A DNA stretch of 64,000 nt from Protoeuglena noctilucae (Eukaryota), in contig OY253676.1 of the NCBI GenBank assembly GCA_958009085.1, forward strand, positions 1 through 64,000, in the 5' to 3' direction. The translations under genes and the position numbers were made by a program. How positions within the stretch are numbered: position 1 is the stretch's first letter; each line of letters starts with the position of its first letter. Shown piece after piece: positions 23,607 through 34,800 of this stretch. The notes below the pieces were generated by a model. The model was given only the letters and a program-made list of their open reading frames with translations, had not been told where the DNA came from and did no database searches.

Positions 23607-25113
23607 ATGGGAAAGGGCGGCACAGCCTTCTATGGGACGGCGAAGGAATCGAGGGTGAAAAACAGGGCCTTCCCGTCCCGGGTGCGTGCGCTGGCAGCCA
23701 CGCGAGCCGCTGTGGGGGCCCCCGGACTGCGAGGACTCGTTCCGGTGCTGACGGGACGAATTCCATGGGCTGGCACCGGTTCCGCTAGGCTCAACATCGT
23801 CACCTATCATCAATGCACTATCTGATGAAGCATCGCGTCCTTTCTCGCCGCAGGATGAGCTAAAGAAGAACATGGACCAGTACCTCCGGACGGGGAGGCA
23901 TCCAGAGATCAAGCAGCTTGAGCAGAAGAACCTGGAAGACACGACATGGAGCGTTGCTCCACTGCCGGAGGTAACAGACACTCGCGCGTCCCCAAAGACC
24001 TGCTTTGCGTGGCATTGCTTGCGAGCTCGCGTGACCGCCCCCCGCTTCCCCTCTCAGCGGGACCGGTCGCGGCCGCACTTTTTCATCGAGTTCAGCGTGG
24101 GAGGGGAGCCTGCGGGCCAATTGGTTTTCGAGATGTTCGGGGACGTGGTGCCCCAAATTGTCGCGTGGGCCAAGGCCCGGCTGGCCGAGGTGTCGCCCGC
24201 GCCTCTCCTGGGCGCCGTGTGCCACAAGCTCGTCCCCGGCTACGGCCTCTTCTTCGCCGCCACCAAGAAGCAGGCGCCGGGCCTCGAGCGCACCAACCGG
24301 TGGGGTGCAGCGACGGCGGGGGCAGCGACGCTGGGGGCAGCAGCAGCGGCCCTGTGCGGCCCTGGAGCCCTTCATCCAACCCCTCTTGACTCCGCCGCCT
24401 TCGCCTGCTCGCAGACTCCGCACGACGCAGGAGGGCGTGCTGAGCGTGTCCCCCACCGGGGACGAGCTCCTGCTCTCGTTCGCGCGGCAGCCTGTCATAG
24501 ACCAGGGGCACCAGCCATTCGCGCGGTACGTGGAGGAGCTGGGAGGAGGGAGGGCGCTGATCTCCAGACTCGAGGCGAGCACGGGGCGCAGACGGCCGGG
24601 AGTGGGTGGTGTTGGACGGGCGTGGCTTCTTGTGACTTCGCGACCTGGGGTTTGTTCGGCGCGCAGGGGTGCAAAACGGACGCCTTGGACGAGCCCGTGC
24701 CGCCCATCGTGGTGTCCCGGTGCGGACCTTGCGCTTTCGATGGGGAGGTGGCGGGGGGAGAGCCGACCACGGCGGCTGACGCAGGCGAGCACGGAGGGGC
24801 GGGGCTGCGGCAGTGGCGCTGTGCGGTGGTCGAGCCTCTCTTTCCGCAATACACGAGCTTGCTCTGTCTTCCAGGCAAGCGCGTGGAGGAGGTGGCGGCG
24901 GCCAAGAGGGAGGAGGTGCGTGCGGCCGTGGAGGCGGGGCTGAAGCGGCGGGGGGGCGCGGAGGGGAACGAGGGGGCGGGGCCGGCCACCAAGCGGGCGA
25001 AGGCGTTTGGGGGCATGATGGCGCACGTGTTGGGGGACGGGGACAGCGGTAGTAGTAGCAGCAGTAGCAGTAGCGAGGACGAGGAGGGAGGCGTTGGCGG
25101 TGACGCCGCATGA
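23607..25113 (+). CDS. Divergent cyclophilin-like domain protein with basic N-terminus and acidic/Ser-rich tail
   Basis: RPHFFIEFSVGGEPAGQLVFEMFGDVVP, CHKLVPGY, GVLSV, HQPFARYVE, KTDALDEPVPPIVVSRCG follow the cyclophilin outline. The tail has an NLS-like KRRGG...KRAK. Confidence 0.75.
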
Positions 25114-25154
25114 GTGTAGCGCATTCAAACATTCAAATCCATCGTGAGCTATTG

Positions 25155-26650
25155 TCACGGCAAGAACCCCGGGAGGAAGCGCAGGGCCCCGCGCGCCCCG
25201 GCCCATCGCCCACGCTCTCCGCCCCACGCCGCCTCCCCCGGGAGCCCCGCGGCCTCCTCGTCCGTGACCACCTCCCAGGACCCATCCGACCCATCCGACC
25301 TTGACCCGGGGGAGGGCGCCTCTGCATGCCCCTCGGGCCAACCGGGGCCGCCCCCTGTCCCCACACATGCCTCCTGGAAGCACCCGCCCTGCGTCACGAC
25401 CGCCTCGTGCCCCTCCATCTGCACATCCACGGCAGGCGCCTCGCCTCGCACGCCGTCGCCAGGCGCAGGGGCGCTCCCTCCTGGGCCGCCACGTCCTCCG
25501 CCGGCCGCAGCACCGCCTGCCCCTCCTGCAGCGCGGCCACCAGCGCCGCCACCGTCGCGCCCGCCGGGCCCGGAGCCTCCCTGCCGCCCCTCACGGCGAG
25601 CGCCCGGCCCCGCCCCTCGCCGTCGGTCGTGTCGTCCACGGCCGCGAGCCTCAGTCCGTGGAATGCGGCCACCCCGTGCGCCAGGAGGCGGTGGTAGGCA
25701 TCCGGAGCCGCCCACACGCGGCCGGCCGGGTGCGGGGCGCGCCATGCCGCCAGCACGGTGGACTCGATCTCCGCCACGAGGCCTGGGGCCGCGAGGGGTC
25801 CAGGGGTGCGGCATGCGAGCGAGCCATCGCAGCCGCGACGGAGAGTGGCATGCAGGGCCCTCACCGGGCGCGGCCTTGCGCAGTGCGGCACGCTGCGTGC
25901 GCGGCACGCGGGCCCACCGCTCCGCGGGGCCCCAGCAGCCGCGGGTCTCTGCCTTGGCGTGCTTGTCGCGTGGCCCGCGCTGTCCCCAGGCGTCGAGCAC
26001 CCTCCGCTGTCGGTCGGGGTCGATGCTGCGGAACATGTCCCACACGTCCCGGTGCTGGGGGTCCGCGGCGGCGGCGAAGGCGGTGCGGCGGGGCTCGCCG
26101 AAGGGCACGGGGCTGTAGAGGCCGCGCATCTCAGCAGCCGTGAGGGGCCCGGCCAGGTCGCGGAGGAGGCGGTCGTTGTGCCAGCGGTTGCGCTTGCGGG
26201 CGCCGAGGGCCACGGCGATCGAGTCCTCCAGAGCCTGGGAAGAGCGAAGGCAGGGAGGCATGAGATTGGCTGCAGACCCAGTTAACAGACAAGCGCAAAG
26301 GTACACCTCGGCCCTCGCCTGGATCTCCGCACTCGGCACAGCCCCGGCGGTGAACGCCGCCCGCACCGTCGTGCTGGTGCCCGTGGCGCGCGCCCACTTG
26401 CGCTCGAGCGCGTGCCGCTGCCTCTGTCGGTGGGCCCGCGGGTGCGTCTCCTCTTGCACGAAGCTCCGCGCCATCAGATACTCGCCCTGCAGGGTCAGCG
26501 ATGGTGCCGGCAATTGGGCGTCGCAGAAAGGAGCCCTAAGCGGCGAGGTCGAGGAAGCCCATGCTTGTTTCAGCTCACAGGCCCCTCGCACACTCCTATG
26601 CCCCTCACCAGCGAGCGCCCGTCGGGCATTTTCCACGTCTGCTGCGCCAT
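25155..26650 (-). CDS. R3H-associated N-terminal plus R3H domain protein (R3HDM4-like)
   Basis: GARKRNRWHNDRLL, AERWARVPRTQRAAL and the R3H motif DAYHRLLAHGVAAFHGL. Probable first exon MAQQTWKMPDGRSL. Confidence 0.8.
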
Positions 26651-27220
26651 CGCAACCTCCGAGATGCCAAGACCTTTCGAACCCAGGTTGTTTGGCGTGC
26701 GACAGCGCGACTGCGTGGGCGAGTGATGGGCGCGCTTCAGATAGCCAATCGCGCTGGACGCGACAGCGACAGCCGGCGAGTGACCAGCGACCGGACGGAC
26801 TGCCCTCTGTTGCACTGAACGGGCAGCGCTGTCTCGCGAGCCGGGCCCGGTGCGCGAGGTAGCATGGGATGCTCGCACGCATCAGCACCTTCGAATTGGC
26901 CTGCCTTGCGGCCCTGCAGGCCTCCCGCCTGCCGTCTATGGGCAGTGCGAAGGTAATCGTCCGTCGCGATGCCAGGTTAAGCCCTCGACGTGGGCTTGAG
27001 GCGCGTCAGGGCAAATGGACTGGCAGCGCCTCATCAAATCAGGAAGCGCTTCCCTGCGTTGCCGCCAGGGAATCCCTGGCTGTCATTCCGGCGCGTTGGT
27101 GGCACGAGTATCAGGGCGGAGGGTCGGCCCTCCGCCAGGGATGGTGCACGCGAGCGAGACGCGATAGTGACTCACACAGGACACCCTGACGGCGATTTGC
27201 GGGTTTGTGAGATCGTCAAA

Positions 27221-28602
27221 ATGGCTGTGCAGATTGTCCTGGATTCGGCGGTGCGCAACTGGGCCTTCCTGCCCATCATCCTTGCCACTCTGCTCGTCGG
27301 GCTCATTCGGGTGTACGGTTCGCAGGGGGGGGCGCAGATGAACCCGTTCGCGCAGCCGACGAACAAGGACAGCCTCAAGCAGGCTCAGGTGGGCCCGGCG
27401 CAGGGTCCGCGGGCAGGAGGGGCGACCTTTCATGGTTTGGACACGTGCCTGTGCACCCTAGATCTGCTGTTCTGTTGAGCGAAAGCGCGCAGCATATTGA
27501 TGACTCAGATGTGCAATCTCAGCCACCTTTGCTGCCCCCTCAGGCCGTTCAGCGCTCCAAGCTGCTGTTGAGCCCGGGGGCGGCCTTCATTCCGCCGTGG
27601 GCGTGGAAGCAGCGCGTGCAACACATGATTTCGGAGAATGGGCTGCTGGACAAGCTGATCAAGGAGGCGCAACAGGTCGGCGGGGCCGGGACTCGCTGGG
27701 AATCGCCAAGGACACGCCCATCTCTCAGAGCAGCAGGGTCATCATGTGCGACTCCCCACTCTCCCCGCAGGCGGCGCAGACTTCGGAGACTCCCATGGGG
27801 ATGCCGATGCAGGACCCCACGAAGATGATGGGCATGATGACCAAGATGCTCTTCGCCTACATCCCCAACATCGCCCTCTTCATGTGGGTCAACCACTTCT
27901 TCCAGTGAGTGGCAATAAGGCATATGCAATGACTAACACGCCTCCCCTCATCGTCTATCGCAACCCAGCGTCCCTGTCTCCCTCCCAGGGGCTCCGTGGT
28001 GGCACGTGTGCCCTTGGCGCTGAATGAGCGCTTCCGAGCCATGCTGCAGCAGGGGCTGTCCTTGGCTAACCTGGACGTCTCGTATGTCTCCTCGTTCAGC
28101 TTCTACATCCTGTGCTTCTCCGGGCTGGGGGGTGTCATGCAGCTGCTCCTCAGTGCCGAGGGGCCGCAGGAGGCAGACATGGCCGGTGAGGGTTGCTGAG
28201 GTGGCAGGAAGGGTGCAGGTGTGCATAGGGGTGTTGGTGAGGTTTGCTGAGGTGGCAGGAAGGGTGCAGGTGTGCACAGAGGTGCTAGCGAGGGGAGGTA
28301 GCGTGTGTGCATGTCAGCAGGTGTTTGCCAGTGCAAGGGTGGCAGAGGCAGCCCCTCCCCCCCCTCTACCCGCAGCCATCGAGCAGCAGATGTCCGGGAT
28401 GGGCATGCCCATGGCCAACCCCCTGAGCATGCTCATGGGGGGCGGTGGCGCGGCGGCACCGTTGAAAGAGGAGAAGGCAGCGCTGGCGGGGGCCAGGCAC
28501 GTGCACGCGCTGGGGGCGGGGGACGCGGCGGCGGAGGAGGTGGCGAGCGCGGCGCTGCGGGAGGCGCTGAGGACGGGGGCCATCGCGCCCGTGCAGGCCT
28601 GA
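27221..28602 (+). CDS. EMC3: ER membrane protein complex subunit 3
   Basis: VLDSAVRNWAFLPI, IPNIALFMWVNHFF|GSVVARVPLALNERFRAMLQQG, LDVSYVSSFSFYIL. Confidence 0.93.
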
Positions 28603-28854
28603 CCCCATGCACGCTGCTTGGATGCTTGGATGTCGAGACCCATCCTAGGATGCCTTGCCGGTGCCATGCAGCCTGTTCAAGGGGTCCCTACGTAGCGCAT
28701 TGCACATGTCACGAAACGACCAGACGAATCTAGTGCTCTTTACTAACACAACCGCCTCCCCCACCGCTGCAAGCATGCCTGAGTAGTAGCTAAGTGGCCG
28801 ATGGCCCCGTATGTCACAAATCGCAAATCACATCTACGCATTCCACCTGTCCCC

Positions 28855-31800
28855 TCATGACATGGGGTACACGCGGTTCCCCGGCCCAGCCGAGGGATAC
28901 ACGCGGCTGGGGCGGTCGCCCTCAGCGCCCGCGCCACCCCCCGCGCCCGAACCCTGGCCCTTGCCCGCCCCTTGCCCCCGCGCCCCCCTGTCCCGGGCCC
29001 TCCCCCGCTTCTGCGTGGGGTCCGTGAGCGGCGGCAGAGCCACTTCCTCCTCGTTCATTCCCAAAGCGGCCCTGGCACGGGCGTCCTCCACCCGGGCCTT
29101 GAGGTAGGCCAGCACGGCGACGCGGAGGGGGTCCTGGGGGTGAGGGGGTGGGGAGGGGTGAGGGGGGTGCTGAGTGTGACGAGCGAGGGTAGCAGTGCGG
29201 GGTGGGTGACACGGTGTGCATGCTGATGATGCTGGGAGGGTGTGTCCCAGGGTGCGCATGTTGATGCTGGGACAGTAACCATGCTACTCTCGCGTGCGTG
29301 CTTGCCTGGACGAAGAGTTCGAGGAAGATGGAGAAGAAGGAGGACAGCAGCCACGCGCGCGCGATGGCGGGGGGGAAGTAGAGGCCGTAGAGGATGATGA
29401 GCCAGGTGGCGAGGGCGATGAAGAGGGCGCAGAGGAGGTAGGTGGGCCAGATGAACCAGCGGGGGAGGCCGCGGCGGAGGCGGCGGTCCCTGCGAGGGAA
29501 AGCGAGGGTGGCAATAAGGAAGGGGACAGGAGCGGTCTCAAGGACAGGTCATGCTCCCCTCTGCCCGCCTCTGCTCGTTGCTCGCCTGAGCTGCTTGCGC
29601 CTCTGGAGCCGCCTCTGCTCCCGCATCTTGGCGTTGCGCGCCTGCATCTCCAGCGTCCGACGCTGCACCTCCTCGCCCTCGCGCGCCGCCACCGTGGGCG
29701 CGTCGGGCACCCACGTCCGCACCGGCTTGGACACCAAAGCATCGCTGGGGGAGGCGGCGAGGCGGGAGGGGCGGGCCGGCGCTTGTGCACCTGCCGCGGG
29801 GGCCCCTGACCCCTGGGCGGTGCGTCGGACGCGGTGGGCGTGGACAAACCACACGCCCGCGTCGACGGTGCGCCCCGTGGCCCTCTCTTCGAGCATTTCT
29901 CGCACGCGGTCGCGGGCGAGCTTGGCGCGCCACGCCGCTTGGATGCGCGCGGCGGCCAGGCTCTGCTGCCGGCGCTTGACGGCCATGCGCCTGCGCCACG
30001 CGCGCTGGATGCGCTTGGCGGCGCGGACGAGCGTCGCGTCCACGCCCTCCTCGCCCCCGCGGCCCGCCCCGCCCACCAGCTGCCGGATGCGGTGGTGGCG
30101 GTCGGCGGGCGCCATGGCGTGCAGCGTCTCGGCCATCTCACCCAGCACGCGGCCACCCTGCAGGCGACAAAGATGCGATGCGCTCACATGCCGCAAGCCA
30201 TGCTGAGCGAGAGCTGCTCTATGTGCGCATGACCGCATCCTCGCCCCCCATCTCACCGCGCCCTCCTTGCCCCTGCCAGCCGGGCGCGTGCCCCCGCCCT
30301 CCCCCCGCAGCGTGGCTCGCAGGAACCCCAGGGCCTGGAGCGCCGCGGCACGGGCCTTGAAGCGCTTGGGCCGCATGGGGCTGCCCGCCGCGGGGGGCGG
30401 TGGGGAGGAGGTCGATGCGGTGGGGACGACGCTGCCGGCCGAGGGGGGCGGGCGACGGCGGAGGGACTGCGGGCAGAGAGGGAGGAGAGGGGTAGTGAGA
30501 TGTGGGGAACACGAGAGGGGCACACGAGAGTGGTAGAGGTGATGAGACATGGGGAGAGAGGGGCACATGAGAGCCATGCAACAGAGGCGAGACATGGAGA
30601 GACGTTGAGAGAGGGCACACATCGGCTTTCGTCTCACCGGCGGGCGCTTGGGCCTGGGCACCCCCATGGGCGGGGGCGGTGCGCGCGCGACCGATGCGTC
30701 CGACTGGGCCGACCCGCGGTCTGGGACCGATGCGTCGGCGGACGGGGTGGCGAAGGAGCCGGCACGCACAGCCTCTGCGTAGTCGCCCGACGCGGCCCCT
30801 CTCAGTCCGAGTGCCTGGGCCTGGGCGCCGGGGTGGCGCGTGGGGGGCTTGGCGGAGAGGGATGCCTCGTTGGGGGGGGTGGGGGCCTGCGTTGGGGGCA
30901 TTAGGGTAAACGCGAGGTCAGATGCGAAGAAGGTGGTCAATACCTGGGTCAGCGCAAAGGGCAGTACTCTGCATGTCTGCCCCTCGCCTCGTCCCCCTTG
31001 TCGTCCGCCTCCCCCATCGCCGCCATCCTCGCCGCCTCCTCCATGGCCCTTGCCTCGGCCTCCCTCGCCTGCCGCACGCCCTCGTCGACGTACCTCTCGG
31101 GGAGCTCCAGCGACCGCACGAGCAGCCCGCCGTCGTGCTTGGGGTTGGTGTCGAGCCACTTGCCGCACCGGAACAGCCATGCCTCCGCTGTCTCCAAATT
31201 GACCAGCTCCACGCGGTCAAGGTGCCATGCAGCGTAGAGCCCCGTGCCGTCGTGGCCGATGGAGATCTTGGAGATGTCGCCCGGGGAGGGGAAGTGCATC
31301 TCGAACTCGTCCATCTGGCCGCGCTCGAAGCCGCTTCGGTTGGCGGGGAGCACGATCGGGCCGTAGTCGCTCTTGAGGCCGTACACCTGGGGAGGGGCGG
31401 GGAGTGTGGGTCGGGTGAGAGGGTGAGCGAGTGTCAGAGAGAAGAGGGAGAGGGAGAGGGAGAGGGAGAGGGAGAGGGAGTGAGTGCAACAATCACGCAC
31501 GCACTCACGTGGATGGAGACGGTGGCGTCCGTGCCTGCCCCCCTTCGGTCGCTGGTCCACACGCGGATGCGCCACCGGACGGGCCGGGACTTGGGCCGCC
31601 TGCCCTGCCGCGCCTTCTTGACGGGCTTGGCGGCGCGCGGGATGTACGACGCCTTCTGGAAGAGGAATCGAAAGGCGAACTTGGAGGGGGAGAGGGCGAC
31701 GGCGGTGATAAGGCCGATGATGGCCTTGGCGGCGAGGTTCGAGGGGTTGGTGCCGAAGAACACGGCCACCACGGCGATCTGGGCCAGGATGAGCGACAGT

Positions 31801-34800
31801 AAAATGACCAGGCGCTGGGGGCGCGTGAAGTGGTCGCTGGGGCGGGCGTACATGATGGCCATGACCTCCTGCTGCGCGACGATGGCCGCGCCGACCTTGG
31901 CCAGCACGCCCTCGTCCGCGCGGGAGGCGGACTGGGCGTCGGCGCCCCCCTCAGCACGTCCGAGTCTCGCGATGCGGCCGATGAGGGAGGTCTTGCGCGC
32001 CTGGGACGCAGCCGCGCGCTTGTCCGGGTGAACGAGGCGCCTCTCCAGCTGCGACACCTGCCCCTCCAGCCGCGCCTTGGCCCGGTCGAGCCGATCCTGG
32101 CGCCAGGCCACCACGATGGCCACGCCGAACCCTGCGAAGGTGATGCCGAGGACGTAGAACACCAGCGCGTTCTGGAGGTTGATGCGCGTGAGGAGGTCCG
32201 CGTCCCCGATGGGGTTGACCACGTTGAACTGGGGCAGCGCGTCGTCGGCCGAGATGGCGAAGGACGTGAGGTGCTTGGTCTCGCACACGATGTACGTGCT
32301 GGTGCGCTCGACCTCGAACAGCCCGTCCGTCTGCCACTGCCCCGTGGTGTCGTTGTAGTAGCGGCATCCGCCCACCGTGCGCCGGCACGCCGACCCCGAC
32401 ACCGTCACCGGGATGCGCACGCGGATGCTGGGCTGGTCGGGCGTCAGCCGCACGCTCTCGGGGCCGGACGCGGACTGCGGGTTGGTGAACTCCAGGGAGG
32501 CCACGGAGGAGGCCACGGTGACCCCCGCGGCCGTGGAGGTAAACTGGTACGGGTTGATGGCGTTGTTCTTGGCCACCACGTTGAGAGCCACGCCGGGGGA
32601 GGCGGTGCCCGCGGGGACGTTGAACGACGGGACCGTCGAGTTGGACTGCAGGAGGTCGCGGGAGAGCAGCGAGCGGCGCGCGGTGGCCGCCGTGGTCTGG
32701 CCGGGGGGGGGAGGCAGGATGTCACCGCTCGGGTCCTGCTTCACTTGCACGGCCACCTGGGGGGAAGAGGAGAGGAGCAGGGTGTGTGTGTGTTAGTAGC
32801 GGGCGGCATGAGTGGTAGAGAGAGGGGGGGACGCGGGGTGTGAGTTGCGATGGTGTGGGTGATGGACAGAGTGGGGTGGCGCAGGGATGAGAAGAGCCGG
32901 CCAGGCGGTGCGAGCATTGGGCACCGCTGCACCCCGGCACTCGCCTGGATGTTGGAGGTGGCGAGTGCGTACCCCGGTTCCCCATCCGAGAGGTTGCACG
33001 CGAGGGCGTTGAAGAGCTGCGCCTGGCTCTGGAAGTTGCTCGTCAGCTGCGTCGCCATGGACTGCGACGCCTGGGCCGACTCCTGCAGCCAGCGGCGTGA
33101 GTGCTCCCGGGCAGACTCGCCGCCCTCCAGCAGGGCGCGGCGGGCGGCCAGGCGACGGCGCGTGGCGGACGCCGTGACCTGCGGGGGAGACCGGGTTTCG
33201 ATGGGTTGACGCTGGGCAGTGCGTTGGGTGTGGGGTGCGCGCTGTGGTGTGCGCAGCATCGCAGGGTGGCTCCATGACATGCGCCGCATGATGTGCACCC
33301 TAACCCGCACCTGGCTCGTGGCCTGGGTGTGGACGGCGCCGTCAAGGGAGCTCATGGCGTCGAGGACCCCCTGGGCCCCCGTGAGCTGGATGCAGACGCT
33401 GCCGGTGCGCGCGACGGCCAGGGCGACGACGTTGGCGCCCGTGGCGGTGTCGAGGGTGGCAGGGTCGCCGAAGAGGTCGCGCATGGCGTCGCCCAGCAGG
33501 TCCAGGTCCTGCTGCGACAGCCGCACCGTCTGCCCCGCCACGTACACGGCCGTGATGAGCCGCTTGCCCACCACGCCCGACAGCAGCTGCGCGCTGCGGT
33601 AGTCGTCCACGAGTGCCTGGTCCGAGGGGGACAGTGTGGCTCCCGCGCTCTGCTGCGCCAGGGCCGTGACGGCCGCGGCCTGCTTGCCCTGCACCCAGCG
33701 GTGCAGGATCATGGCGCAGGACTTGGCCAGCGTCAGCAGCGTGGGCACCGTGTTGGTGGCCTGCCGCAGCGCCAGCTCCTGGTCCATCAGCTGAAGCACG
33801 AACGCGGGGTCGCCCGTGTACTGCACCGTGCAGGACGCCGCCCCCGCGGCCAGGGTGCAGGGGCAGCCGGGGCTGGCGCTCTCGGCGGCCGTGCACACGA
33901 GGGGGTACGTGACGCCGGCCGTGACGGGGGGCTGCACAATGGCCGCGATGGGCACGACGGTCGAGGCGCCCGTGGCCCCGGAGACAATGGCCTGGAGGGT
34001 AAGGTTGCGTGCGGCGTCCGTGGTGACGGGGGGCACGAAGATCTCGTCGGCCACGTTGGCCCTGGCCATGGGCACGAGCGGCACGGCGTCGTTTGTGGTG
34101 GGGTCCACGTATCGGAACTCGTAGGTGAGGGCCGTCTCAAGGGCGTCCTCCCACCCGGTGCACGACAGGCTGAAGGGGGTGGAGGCCGCCACGCCCGTGG
34201 TGGGCGACACGGCACACGTGCCGGAGGTGGGGGCGCCGTTGACCTGGAAGCTGACCGTGTCGGCGCCCGCCAGCCCCGTCGCCGTGTCGTTGGCGGAGAG
34301 GCGGAAGGTGTAGGTCTCGCCGGGGGCCAGCTGGTTGGGCGCCACCACGAGCGTGGGGCTCTGGTAGCTGGTGAGCACGGCCTTGCCCAGGGCGGTCACG
34401 TCAAAGACCCCCGCCGTCACCGACCAGGTGAAGTTGGTGGCCTGGTAGATGGAGGCGAAGTAGGCAGCGCGCTGGGCGTCCGTGAGGGCCACGTTAGGGT
34501 ACGTGACGGTGATGTTGCCGGTCAGCACAAGCTTGTCGTTGCCGTTCACCACGTTGGTGGCCAACGGGCTTATCGTCACGATGGGCTGCGCGGCGGGGAG
34601 GCCGTCCACCGTCTGCAGAACCTCGCGGGAGGAGTCCCCGACGCCGTAGAAGGACTTGAGCAGGCGGCCGCGGGGGGTGTCGGCCAGGCGTCGCGCGGGG
34701 GCCGTCACCAGACCCGGCGGGGGCGCCTCGACGGTGACGGTGCGCGACACCGAGACGGTGCGGTTGAGGGCGGCCCCGTCCGCGCCCACCAGGGGCTCCT

